This document shows, piece by piece, positions 10,478-20,074 of a DNA stretch of 64,000 nt; the first letter of the stretch is position 1, and the number at the start of each line of letters is the position of its first letter. The notes under the pieces are model-generated. The model ran no database searches and was not told where the DNA came from. It was given only the letters and a program-made list of their open reading frames with translations. Source of the stretch: Cyanobacteria bacterium P01_A01_bin.123 (GTDB lineage Bacteria; Cyanobacteriota; Cyanobacteriia; Phormidesmidales; Phormidesmidaceae). Where the stretch lies: contig JBCBZT010000019.1 of NCBI GenBank assembly GCA_039815185.1, forward strand, positions 1-64,000. The letters are read 5' to 3'. The position numbers and the translations under genes are program-made.

Positions 10478-10887
10478 TTGAGTGGCGAGCTAATAAAATG
10501 AGCCGACACTGAAGTTATGAGTTTTAGTCTATCAACCTGAAACCCTTAAAACGCCGTTGATTGCTTTAAGAATTGCAACAAGATACGCGGCAGCGGGCAC
10601 GGTTAGATACGGCAGTTGGGGCTTTGATCGCCTCACCACGACTACTAGCCTAGACAGGCATAGAGCAAAATCAATCGAAGAATCTTGTTGACGATGGTTT
10701 TGCAACACATTTCTAAGGGTTACGGGAAATCTCGTCGATGGCAATGGAGTATATATCGCTGGCCAGATTGCTTAATGCACCGAGTATCGCTGGGATGCTC
10801 AGCACACAAGCAATCTGGCTCGCCGTAGCGCACAAAGCTTTGTGACTACCGCCATAACAGCCCCATTTACCTACAAGGTTTCTTGTC

Positions 10888-11100
10888 ATGATTGAGATTT
10901 TTCTAGCGTTGGTTGCCGCTTTTCGGAAGGATTGGGGAGCTTGGGTCTGCGTACCTCTCCTTGTGAGTATAGGTTCTGTGGTGGGGCTGATGGCGGGGCC
11001 TGAGGGATACCGAATAGTTTGTTTGGGGGGGTATTTTGGAGCGTTGGTGATGCTGGGGCTAATGTCGGTGTGTCATCGCCGAGGCGTTTTAGGCAGCTAA
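10888..11100 (+). CDS. Small hypothetical membrane protein
   Basis: 70-aa ATG ORF with two hydrophobic segments filling an intergenic gap; no family recognised. Confidence 0.4.
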   Translation: MIEIFLALVAAFRKDWGAWVCVPLLVSIGSVVGLMAGPEGYRIVCLGGYFGALVMLGLMSVCHRRGVLGS

Positions 11101-11158
11101 TGTCGCTATCTGCACAATGCTGCTTCATCGAGAAGGAACAAGATGGCAAAGGAGCTCA

Positions 11159-13015
11159 TCAGCCCTCGCGTTGTGCCCCTTCCAAACTCTCCTGCTTGCG
11201 TTCAAAAGCGGCTAAAAGCATAGAGACCTTGACGCGAATCGCCGTGTGTTGCTCGATCCCTTCAAATTGATAACGGTTATAGCCACCATCTTCGACTAAG
11301 CGAGCCAGGTAGTCTACCCGTTCTGGCGGAGCGGGGTGGCTGGCAAGCCAGTTGGGGCCAAGGGGGCCTTCGCTTTCAGATTGCAGCGTGATCATTAAAT
11401 TGTGGAGTCCATCGGCAGCATAATCACCGCTGGCTAAAATTTGAGTGCCCATGATGTCGGCTTGGCGCTCCATCTGGCGAGAATAGCCGGTGATCGCGGC
11501 ACCAGCGGCCAGGTTGGCTAGTTGGGGGATAGGAATGTATTGGGCCAGGCTGGCGGTGAGGTTACCGCTAGTTGCCAGTTGAAAACCGTGGGACAACACG
11601 GCATGGGAGATCTCATGGGCGAGCAAGCCCGCCAGTTCTGCTTCAGAGTTGGTTTTAAGGATGGCACCCGCGTTGATAAAGATTTTGCCCCCCGGCAACG
11701 CAAAGGCGTTGAGGCTATCGTCCATGACCACGTAAAACTGGTAGTCAAATTCGTCTCGGCCAGCAACTAGGGCTAATTTTTCACCAATGCCACGGACATA
11801 ATCGTTAACTTCGGCTTCATTGAGTATGGGTAAAACCTGACGGATTTGGGTCGCCACGCGATCGCCTACGACCTGTTCACCCTGGAGCATTAACAGGCTT
11901 GAATTGAGGGCAGTAAAGGGGGCATACAACCCGCCTGTAATGGCATAACCCACGGCTCCGGTAATCACATTGGCAACCACATTGCCCTGGAGTCGTTCAC
12001 GCAGTTCACTCCGAAAGCGATCCATATTCTGCTCAGCTAAATCAGCCATGGCAGGCTGATCGGGATGCTCGGGGTGGAGCACACTAAACTGGCGGGCTGC
12101 GATCGCCGACTCTAACCACTGCTGCCGGGCACCATAGGTAGCAGCCTGGGCTTTAAGCACATCGGGGTGGCTGGGATATTGGGCCACAGCTGCTTCCATC
12201 ACGTCTGTCGCCTCTTCCGGTCGTTCGTATTGAATCAAGGCCTCGGCATACCGGGCATGGCCGGGGACAAATTCGGGATACTCATCAACTAATAACTGTA
12301 AGGAAACCAGGGTGCGATTTTCGTTGTTTTGCGCTGCACCCGCGATCGCTTCTTGCCAGTAAAACGCCCCTGCGGGGGGTAATTGCTCAGGATCAGCGTA
12401 AGCCTCAGGCAGCGGTTCAATCGATTCCCCGTCCCAGTCTGGATCTTTTGCCTGACGATAGAGGGCTTCAGCAGCAGTAAAATCTCCGACGAGATAAAGC
12501 CGATCAGCTTCGAGTAAAAGCTCCTGGGTCGGGGAAAGCTCAAAGGGATTAGCCGCAACGGGCGGTTCAATAACATTGGGATCAATCACCTTGTCTACTG
12601 TCTGGGGCACCCCAGTCTGATCCTCTTGATCCCCATCTTCGTTGGCAGGTGCATCAGCGCTATCGTCGTCGGGATCAGCCGATTCAGTTGATGAAGGGGG
12701 TAACTGAATTTCGCCATTAGAATCCACAGGTTCCGTATCTAGGATATCTGCTGGAGATGCAACCGCCTCGGATTCTGATTTAGGCCTGGCACCGTCGACC
12801 GCTGCCCCTGAAACCACAGCAGGCAATTCGACTCGCGATGGTTCTGGTAAGCTGCTCTCTGGCCCTCGCGTCTGAGCCATCCCACCTGCCTGTTGCAGCA
12901 AGACCAGGGAAAGGCTGAGTAAAACAGTGGCGATCGCGCTACTGAGCCCAATCCATAAAAATTTTTGAAACGACGGTTTACCCATAAAGCGACCCATGAG
13001 TGGCGTTAACAGCAA
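11159..13015 (-). CDS. M48 family metallopeptidase with TPR region
   Basis: NAFALPGG, ELAGLLAHEISH (HExxH), YSRQMERQAD, ASHPAPPER; start uncertain. Confidence 0.92.
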   Translation of the reverse strand: MLLTPLMGRFMGKPSFQKFLWIGLSSAIATVLLSLSLVLLQQAGGMAQTRGPESSLPEPSRVELPAVVSGAAVDGARPKSESEAVASPADILDTEPVDSNGEIQLPPSSTESADPDDDSADAPANEDGDQEDQTGVPQTVDKVIDPNVIEPPVAANPFELSPTQELLLEADRLYLVGDFTAAEALYRQAKDPDWDGESIEPLPEAYADPEQLPPAGAFYWQEAIAGAAQNNENRTLVSLQLLVDEYPEFVPGHARYAEALIQYERPEEATDVMEAAVAQYPSHPDVLKAQAATYGARQQWLESAIAARQFSVLHPEHPDQPAMADLAEQNMDRFRSELRERLQGNVVANVITGAVGYAITGGLYAPFTALNSSLLMLQGEQVVGDRVATQIRQVLPILNEAEVNDYVRGIGEKLALVAGRDEFDYQFYVVMDDSLNAFALPGGKIFINAGAILKTNSEAELAGLLAHEISHAVLSHGFQLATSGNLTASLAQYIPIPQLANLAAGAAITGYSRQMERQADIMGTQILASGDYAADGLHNLMITLQSESEGPLGPNWLASHPAPPERVDYLARLVEDGGYNRYQFEGIEQHTAIRVKVSMLLAAFERKQESLEGAQREG

Positions 13016-13175
13016 GCTAGGATAGCCCCTTTCCCATCATAAGGTTGGCCTCTTTGGGCGTGTTGAGCCCCCAGATATTTACCTGAAATGATCCAATCGC
13101 TGTCCACATTGAGCGGTTTTCTAGTTCGGGTGGCGATATATACTAATTTTTGTAACGCGCGCACACCAGAAACCC

Positions 13176-13637
13176 ATGACTCTAGAGACCATCAAACCTT
13201 ACCTAAATTTCTTTCATCCCCTATTCATGTGGGTCTTGCTTGGCCTCACGATCTATGCGCTATATCTCGGCATTCAGATTCGGCGCACGCGCTTTGCCGA
13301 CAAAGACACCAAAAAAGAGTTGGTTAAGGGGAAATTCAACGTCCGCCATCACCAAATTGGCTCTGCTCTACTGGCCTTTATGGTATTGGGATCTATCGGC
13401 GGCATGGCTGTAACGTACCTCAATAACGGCAAACTATTCTTTGGCCCGCACTTGCTGGCTGGGTTGGGCATGACTGGCCTGATTGCGACCTCTGCTTCGC
13501 TGGTGCCTTTCATGCAAAAAGGAAACGAGACAGCCCGACTGACCCACATCAGCCTCAACGTTGTATTAGTTGGCTTATTTGGCTGGCAGGCTGTCACCGG
13601 GATGCAAATTGTGCTGCGGATTTTAGAAAACTTCTAA
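13176..13637 (+). CDS. DUF4079 family membrane protein
   Basis: FFHP..MW, RHHQIGS, GPHLLAGL, HISLN..WQAVTG. Confidence 0.85.
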   Translation: MTLETIKPYLNFFHPLFMWVLLGLTIYALYLGIQIRRTRFADKDTKKELVKGKFNVRHHQIGSALLAFMVLGSIGGMAVTYLNNGKLFFGPHLLAGLGMTGLIATSASLVPFMQKGNETARLTHISLNVVLVGLFGWQAVTGMQIVLRILENF

Positions 13638-13638
13638 A

Positions 13639-13720
13639 CCCCACCCGATTTGAAACCCCAAGCCAGCAGGGGCGCACAGCTGTGCGCCACTACAAGGGAA
13701 AGCGCTGGATCTGGACGGGG
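13639..13720 (+). repeat. Dispersed intergenic element, copy B (contains REP-like hairpin)
   Basis: CCCCACCCGATTTGAAACC...GGCGCACAGCTGTGCGCC...TGGATCTGGACGGGG, directly after the DUF4079 stop. Confidence 0.75.
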
Positions 13721-13727
13721 AGATGGC

Positions 13728-14525
13728 TTAAAACGCCCCCAGGGGATCGAGCCAGCGCAAAATCGCATCCCGCAGCGGGTTGAGATCCCGATTCACGGTC
13801 TGTTTGACAAACTGCCCCACGGCATCCAAAGGACTAAATGACTCCCCCGCCTGCCAAGGAATTTCTTGGGCTAGGGGAGTCGTGTGGGTGCCCTGCAAAA
13901 TTTTGACTGTGGTTAACTCTGGAAATAGCGGGACTAACACCTCAGACAGCGGGCGAGTCTGATCGATGTCGTCCTTACGAAATTTGATCAGTAAGTTGCG
14001 ACGGACGTCATAGCGATCGCGCACAATGGCCAAGGTTTCTTCGGGGCTGGGGGTGAATTCCATCTTCATCGTGTTAGCGAACAGCGGCGGTGTGAAATCC
14101 ATCACCTGACTGACCTGTTCCAGCAGCGGAATCGAGCGCCGCGCCGAATAATTGTTGAACGCCATCAGCACATTGCCCGCCCGTTCGACACTATAGAGGC
14201 TGTTGATCAGCAGATGCAACTTACACCCCATGCTGTGACCCAGGCCGTAGATCGGGAAATAGCCCTGCATCAATCCTCGTTTGCGCAGATAGGTCAGCCC
14301 CTGCTCAAAACTGATTAAGACTTCTTGGGCGATCGCACGGTGGTCAAACGTATTGATAAACGGGGTAGCCACAATGGCATACCCCTGATCTGCCAAAGCT
14401 TCCAGCAGCAATCGATAGGCTACATGGGGCGCTGCCCCCACAAACGCCCCCCCCAAAAAATGAACCATCGCGATTGGATCGTCAGGCACCAAAATCCAGT
14501 TCCCAGATACTTCCCGCCAATCCAT
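13728..14525 (-). CDS. DUF1350 family alpha/beta hydrolase
   Basis: HFLGGAFVGAAP, GLGHSMGCKLHLL, EFTPSPEET. Confidence 0.9.
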   Translation of the reverse strand: MDWREVSGNWILVPDDPIAMVHFLGGAFVGAAPHVAYRLLLEALADQGYAIVATPFINTFDHRAIAQEVLISFEQGLTYLRKRGLMQGYFPIYGLGHSMGCKLHLLINSLYSVERAGNVLMAFNNYSARRSIPLLEQVSQVMDFTPPLFANTMKMEFTPSPEETLAIVRDRYDVRRNLLIKFRKDDIDQTRPLSEVLVPLFPELTTVKILQGTHTTPLAQEIPWQAGESFSPLDAVGQFVKQTVNRDLNPLRDAILRWLDPLGAF

Positions 14526-14643
14526 AGTGCCCTCAGAAATAATCTCTTTTATCCTAGAGTGCTTTAAACTCTGCTGGTGGGTGCAAATGCGAATCCGGTG
14601 ATTGCATCTGCCTGATACCCTGTGATACTCTAAAGAGCCATTC

Positions 14644-14717
<74 letters not shown>

Positions 14718-14882
14718 TCCTTTGAAAAGGATACATTTAAGCGCTTTCCAGTTGAGTGTTAGCTCTAGCGATCGAATCGTCCCATCAAAAATTGGAAAGC
14801 AGCTACATCACACTTTGCTATCCGTTTCCCAGAGCACTCTCGATTGAATCACAATCTGCTTACACGAAAATCAGGAACACCC

Positions 14883-16589
14883 TCATTCAGTCACGTATTC
14901 AATTGTCAGATAGGTATGGCCTTTACCCTTGTCGTTCGTTTCGTATGTGACGCTAAGGATATCGACGCCTTCAAACTCGCTGCCATGCTGCATCAGAACC
15001 CATACTGACGAATTGCCATTTGGTGTTCCCAGCAGTGCCCAAGCATCCTGTTTCGTCGGATCTATTATCTTAACTGAGCCTTTTTCTTTCGCTTTTGGCC
15101 AGTCGTCGCAGAACTTGATTGTGTTCAACGTTTCGTCATTACTAATTTGTGAGCGGCGGATCGAGCTTAAAGATGCCGCTGCGACTCCTACTTTACTTTG
15201 GTAAACCTCCCGAGCAGTGAGGTATTGATACCAAAAAATTTCTGAGTTTTTTACCCGGGCTGTCAGTCCATCCCGCTCGGCTACAGCATCGTCTGCATTC
15301 CCCCAATTCCCATATGCATGTAGCACCCCTTGACCGCCGTCATACACGTTGTAATACATCACTTCAGTCCCAAGATCCTCGACATCGAATGTATTTTTTA
15401 AACTATCAACTTGTCCTTCCTTTAGATCCGCCACTTCTTGCCCACGTTGGGTCACGATTAAAACTTTTTTGCCATCTATCTGCCAGAAAGTCTTATAGCC
15501 TTTTCCCCTTATTTCTTCATTGGTTTCTTCATTAGTTTTAGGTGGTATGGCGTTGTTTTTCTTCTGATACCAATTAAGCCCTTTAGTTTTTAGCTTTTCG
15601 CCACTTATCAGGCTTTTGTCATAATCCTTTTCTGCTTTGGCTGCACTTGCCTCATCCATCCCCTCTGTTGTCTTGACATTTTCTTTTGTTCTCTTCATTT
15701 GGACGAACGGCGCACCCGTCTCCAAGTCGACACCTACCTGCACCGCTCGCTTTTCTTCGCCGTGATTGCTGTCGCTTGCCGCTGTCGCTGTTGATTCCTC
15801 CTGAAGTCCTAAACAATTTTGTTGTAAGACGTCCGACTGCTGTAAATTCGTTCTGCGGTGTATAGCGCTTGCTCCCTGCTGCACCACATGCGTCAACTCA
15901 TGGGCAATCAATTCCTGCCCGCCCCGACTCCCCGGTTGATACTCTCCCTGCCGAAAAAACACATCTTGTCCCGTCGTAAACGCCTTCGCCTGAATCGACT
16001 GGTTCAACGCATCCGCTTGTGCCCCCGTATGTACCCGCACCTGGCTAAAATCAGCCCCCATTGCCTGCCCCATCGTCGCTTGCAGGCCCGCATCCAACGG
16101 CTGACCACTCCCCCGCGACCGATTAATCGCAGACTCGATATCCGCTGATACTTCACCACCCTCTAGCAAACTTCGCTGCACACCGGGTACCTGCCGCATC
16201 TCCGGCTTACGGCTAAGCTGCTCTTCACTTTGCACTAACGGTTGCCCCACCCCACCCGAGTGAATCTGATCCACCACCCGCGCCGCAACGCGATCGGCTT
16301 CTCGCTCATACTTGTCATCGGCAGCGCCCACCGTCAGCTTGGCCTGCAAGGGTTGGCCTGGAATGCCCTCGAACGCCATGGGCGGCGGTTCACTGCTGAG
16401 AGATCCTTGAGCGAACTGCGTTGTCAAATCCCATCCCGGCCCCAACAGCGGTTGCTCTGCCGCGTTTTCGGTCTGGGAGGGCTGAGTATCTTGGGCTTGC
16501 TCGTTGGTAAAAGGACGTGGGCCGAAGGGTGAAGGCTTTTTCTGGCCTTGAGGCGTCCAGTCGTTCGATTTATTCAGGTGGTTTTTCAT
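14883..16589 (-). CDS. DUF4157 (eCIS core domain) protein with unassigned C-terminal domain
   Basis: LQAKLTVG..DKYEREAD, GADFSQVRVHT, AKAFTTGQDVFF, ELIAHELTHVVQQ; start at MKNHL. Confidence 0.9.
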   Translation of the reverse strand: MKNHLNKSNDWTPQGQKKPSPFGPRPFTNEQAQDTQPSQTENAAEQPLLGPGWDLTTQFAQGSLSSEPPPMAFEGIPGQPLQAKLTVGAADDKYEREADRVAARVVDQIHSGGVGQPLVQSEEQLSRKPEMRQVPGVQRSLLEGGEVSADIESAINRSRGSGQPLDAGLQATMGQAMGADFSQVRVHTGAQADALNQSIQAKAFTTGQDVFFRQGEYQPGSRGGQELIAHELTHVVQQGASAIHRRTNLQQSDVLQQNCLGLQEESTATAASDSNHGEEKRAVQVGVDLETGAPFVQMKRTKENVKTTEGMDEASAAKAEKDYDKSLISGEKLKTKGLNWYQKKNNAIPPKTNEETNEEIRGKGYKTFWQIDGKKVLIVTQRGQEVADLKEGQVDSLKNTFDVEDLGTEVMYYNVYDGGQGVLHAYGNWGNADDAVAERDGLTARVKNSEIFWYQYLTAREVYQSKVGVAAASLSSIRRSQISNDETLNTIKFCDDWPKAKEKGSVKIIDPTKQDAWALLGTPNGNSSVWVLMQHGSEFEGVDILSVTYETNDKGKGHTYLTIEYVTE

Positions 16590-16989
16590 GGTGAAGGCAG
16601 ATCGGGGACAGAGCATCGACCGTTTTGTAGGGGTCGGTTGGCTCAACCCAGGCCATATCACACGTATTAATTGCTACATGAAGCTGTCACGCTACAGTCA
16701 ATGGAATACACCCCTCCATGATCCCCGATGTACGCTACATAGCTGAGCAGATAAGCTAAAGTGCTGATGAAGATATAAGGTTTTTCATAAAGCTTACGGA
16801 AAACTGCGTAGACGGGCTGCGGTTTCAATCCTCAAGCCGATGCTGATTGATCTGGGTACATCACGCGCATTGAAAAAACGAGCGGCAGCCCGTGATACTG
16901 AGTAAGGAATTATGACTAAGCTGATATCGAGCGATCGCTTGCAGGGTGCCGTGACAGCTGTACGGCGAAGATGAGTAGAGTAGGAGTCT

Positions 16990-18066
16990 ATGCCAGCGCG
17001 TTCAAGTCACCTGTCCCCGTCAGATGCATTCATTGAAAATACCTATCGGCGAACCCGGCAAAATCTTCAGAGGGGGTTGATTGCGCTCGGCTGTGTGGTT
17101 GTAGTGGGTGTTCTTTGGTACCGAGTTGTCGAAGGTTGGCCTTGGCTAGATGCCCTCTACATGGCCGTTATCACGCTAGCCACCGTCGGTTTTGCCGAAG
17201 TCCATCCCTTGGGTGCTCGGGGGCGACTTTTCACGATCATTTTGATTCTGATGGGCGTTTTTGTGATTGCCTATATCCTGAATTCTTTTACAGAGGCACT
17301 CATTCAAGGCCATTTTCAAGCGGGTCTCCGTCTAAGGCAACGCCGTAAGCTTATGCAATCTCTAAACGATCATCACATCATCTGTGGGTTTGGACGCACG
17401 GGTCGACAAGTTGCGACCGAATTTGCCATCGAAGCCATTCCTTTCATCGTCATCGATTCCTACGAAGCCTCAATTCAGGAGGCTCAACAACTCGGCTTCA
17501 TTGCCCTCCAGGGAGATGCCACCCAAGATCAGGTTTTGCTGCAAGCTGGTGTGGAACGCGCCCGCTGTTTGGTCGCTGCGCTACCGTCCGATGCTGAAAA
17601 TCTGTATACCGTCCTTTCCGCCAAAACCCTTTCACCCGCCATTCGCACCATTGCCAGGGCAAGCACTGAAGAAGCGGTTCAAAAACTCCAGCGGGGCGGG
17701 GCCGATGTGGTGGTGTCGCCCTACATCACAGGCGGTAAACGCATGGCGGCGGCAGCTTTACGCCCTCAGGTCGTGGACTTCCTAGACGGCATCCTCACAG
17801 GAGCCGAGCGCACTGTCTATGTAGAAGAGTTTCTAATCGCGCCAGAATATTGCCCAAAAGTTGGACAAACCCTTGGGGAGGCCGAGCTAAGACTAAAGTC
17901 TGGAGCCTTGATTTTGGCAATTCGCCGAGCCGATAACTCGCTAATTGTGGGGCCTAATGCCAACACGCTACTGTGCCCTGGCGATCTGATTATTGGCATG
18001 GGAAACTCTGATGAACTCCGCCGCCTTAGTCAGATTTTGAGCCCAATTTACCCCAGATATCAGTGA
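16990..18066 (+). CDS. Potassium channel protein (2-TM pore + TrkA-N/TrkA-C)
   Basis: TLATVGF pore motif, IICGFGRTG Rossmann motif, C-terminal RCK-C. Confidence 0.93.
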   Translation: MPARSSHLSPSDAFIENTYRRTRQNLQRGLIALGCVVVVGVLWYRVVEGWPWLDALYMAVITLATVGFAEVHPLGARGRLFTIILILMGVFVIAYILNSFTEALIQGHFQAGLRLRQRRKLMQSLNDHHIICGFGRTGRQVATEFAIEAIPFIVIDSYEASIQEAQQLGFIALQGDATQDQVLLQAGVERARCLVAALPSDAENLYTVLSAKTLSPAIRTIARASTEEAVQKLQRGGADVVVSPYITGGKRMAAAALRPQVVDFLDGILTGAERTVYVEEFLIAPEYCPKVGQTLGEAELRLKSGALILAIRRADNSLIVGPNANTLLCPGDLIIGMGNSDELRRLSQILSPIYPRYQ

Positions 18067-18072
18067 GATCCA

Positions 18073-18960
18073 TTACTGCGAATTAACTTGCTGCCAAAGC
18101 CGAGCGAGGGAACTGGCAATCGGTCGGGTCACGTTTTTGCTGGTCCAATAGCCGTTGTGGGAGAAGGTGTTCCATCCGGTCAGTAGGTTGCCAACTTTGA
18201 CTTCGTACTCGTGGGTGACTGCAGCTTTATAAGCCTGATTGATGCTCTGAATGGGATAACCCAGTAAGTCATCACGGTCGTAGAAGTTGATCCATTCCCC
18301 CTGGGCATTGGGGTGATGAGTCGTCAATTCTGGTGATGGTATCTGGATTGGCACCCCGAACCCTTCGAAGCGCATTGCCCAAAACGGAATTTGGCTACCA
18401 AAGGTATACAACGCCGAAAGCGTTTTACCCTGCTCTAAAGGATTGTTGTTGGAATTAGCCGGGAATTTGTTGTGTTGCATATCCCAAATGTAGTTGCTGG
18501 CGATCGCGGCCCCCATGCTGTGGCCGATAATACACAATGGCGCGTTTTCCCCTGCTTTGTTGGCAAGCTCACTCAAGGTCTCACCAAACACCCGATGCAC
18601 ATCTTCATAGATGTGCACGTCACTGTCTGAAGCGGATGAGGTGGGTTGATAGGCAATACTGTCAGCCAGCGAATGGAAAATGAAATCTCGTGCCCCAAAA
18701 AATCGGCTAAGTTTACTAACACCAAGATTTCTATAAAGCTTTTCTTGGCGTTTTTGGACCACTTCAGCCCAGTAAATCGGTTCAAAGACCAACTCACTGC
18801 CAGCATCACTCATCTGATCTTTCAACTCGTTCGAGAATGCTTTTTGGAGTCGTGAGGCAATGCCGCTTAGAAATTTGCGATCTTGTGGATCTGCAAAGTC
18901 TGGCTGAGCTTGGCCAATGCCATGAATAACCGCGATCGCTATTTTTTGAGACATAGTCAT
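18073..18960 (-). CDS. Hypothetical alpha/beta-hydrolase-like protein (lipase-like)
   Basis: IHGIG, GHSMG nucleophile elbow, WINFYDRDDLLGYP, SHNGYW. Confidence 0.75.
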   Translation of the reverse strand: MTMSQKIAIAVIHGIGQAQPDFADPQDRKFLSGIASRLQKAFSNELKDQMSDAGSELVFEPIYWAEVVQKRQEKLYRNLGVSKLSRFFGARDFIFHSLADSIAYQPTSSASDSDVHIYEDVHRVFGETLSELANKAGENAPLCIIGHSMGAAIASNYIWDMQHNKFPANSNNNPLEQGKTLSALYTFGSQIPFWAMRFEGFGVPIQIPSPELTTHHPNAQGEWINFYDRDDLLGYPIQSINQAYKAAVTHEYEVKVGNLLTGWNTFSHNGYWTSKNVTRPIASSLARLWQQVNSQ

Positions 18961-19074
18961 GCAACCCTAATCAATAGGGAATCAAAGGCGATGCAACTAT
19001 AATGGCAACTCCCAGTGCATTGCAAAAGTACCCTTGAGGGCCATTTCAAGCACTATCAAAAGGAACCTTTGACG

Positions 19075-19521
19075 ATGCAAATCTGGGTTGATGCCGATGC
19101 CTGCCCCAACGCGATTAAGGAAATCTTGTTTCGCGCGGCTAAACGGGTTGAAATCAAAACAACGCTGGTGGCCAATCAAGAACTGCAAATCCCGGCTTCC
19201 GATTACATCGACGCAGTTCAAGTGCGGGCAGGCTTAGACGTTGCCGATGGCTACATCGTGCAACACCTCCAGTCTGGTGATCTGGTGATTACTGCTGATA
19301 TTCCCCTGGCGGCAGCGGTAATCGATAAAGACGGTTATGCGTTGAACCCCCGAGGTGAGTTTTACAGCAAAGCCAATATCCGAGAGAGGCTCTCTCTTCG
19401 CAATTTTATGGATCAGTTACGCAGTAGCGGCATCGAAACGGGAGGCCCGCCTGCTTTTAACCAGCGCGATCGCCAAGCGTTTGCCAACCAACTCGATCGC
19501 TTTTTAGCCAAGCAGCGCTGA
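19075..19521 (+). CDS. YaiI/YqxD family protein (UPF0178)
   Basis: [28 protein letters not shown]. Confidence 0.93.
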   Translation: MQIWVDADACPNAIKEILFRAAKRVEIKTTLVANQELQIPASDYIDAVQVRAGLDVADGYIVQHLQSGDLVITADIPLAAAVIDKDGYALNPRGEFYSKANIRERLSLRNFMDQLRSSGIETGGPPAFNQRDRQAFANQLDRFLAKQR

Positions 19522-19544
19522 GTACAAAACGGATCTGAATCACA

Positions 19545-19598
19545 GTGTTCCGGTGATCACCATCAGCCGATGCCTTGACGAGGAACACCAAATCAAGC
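19545..19598 (+). promoter_or_regulatory. Candidate glutamine-II (Downstream-peptide)-like riboswitch variant
   Basis: P1 GTGTTCC/GGAACAC, inner hairpin GGTGATCACC, CAGCCGA, potential pseudoknot CTTGA(19574-78)/TCAAG(19593-97); upstream of a YRG peptide. Confidence 0.5.
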
Positions 19599-19691
19599 CT
19601 GGGAAACGCTCGGGACGACCTGTTTCTTTAATTAACGCAGCACACACAAGCCCGCTGCAAAAACTTCAGCAAAATCCAAAGGAGCCCCACC

Positions 19692-19868
19692 ATGGAATTT
19701 ATTTATCGCGGCATTGCTTTCAATTCTGATGTTTCCGGTGCCCCTGCTCAAGAAACTGAGCAAAGCGGCACCTTCCTTGGCAAGCGCTACCCGATCAAGC
19801 AAGCTCAAGTTGCTCACCGCCAATCTTCCACTCAGCTAAAGTATCGCGGCGTTAGCTACACCCGTTAA
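19692..19868 (+). CDS. DUF4278 family small protein (58 aa, absent from ORF track)
   Basis: AGGAG RBS then MEFIYRGIAFNSDVSGAPAQETEQSGTFLGKRYPIKQAQVAHRQSSTQLKYRGVSYTR; YRG motifs at both ends. Confidence 0.9.
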   Translation: MEFIYRGIAFNSDVSGAPAQETEQSGTFLGKRYPIKQAQVAHRQSSTQLKYRGVSYTR

Positions 19869-19906
19869 GCATCTGCTATTTCTCTCTCTCTAGTTTCCCA
19901 GCAAAC

Positions 19907-19937
19907 GCCCCCTGCCTTTCCGGCAGGGGCTTTTTTT
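19907..19937 (+). terminator. Rho-independent terminator
   Basis: CCCCTGCC-TTTCC-GGCAGGGG then T7. Confidence 0.85.
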
Positions 19938-20074
19938 CTCTTGTAAGATCATAAATCTGATGCCATTTGACTAGAGGCTAAGCAGGATAAGTCGTTTCTT
20001 AGAAAGGCTTTCAACCGATTCACTTCGCATCACTTCTAATGTCAAATCTGCAGAAGCCGAGTCGCGATCGCAGG

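Noticed and set aside
14718..16990. Intact integrative element at tRNA-Val
   Set aside because: No integrase and no duplicated tRNA 3' end (att site) were found; at most an old insertion.
19632..19823. 63-aa minus-strand ORF
   Set aside because: Antisense to the DUF4278 gene, which has an RBS, motifs and a terminator.
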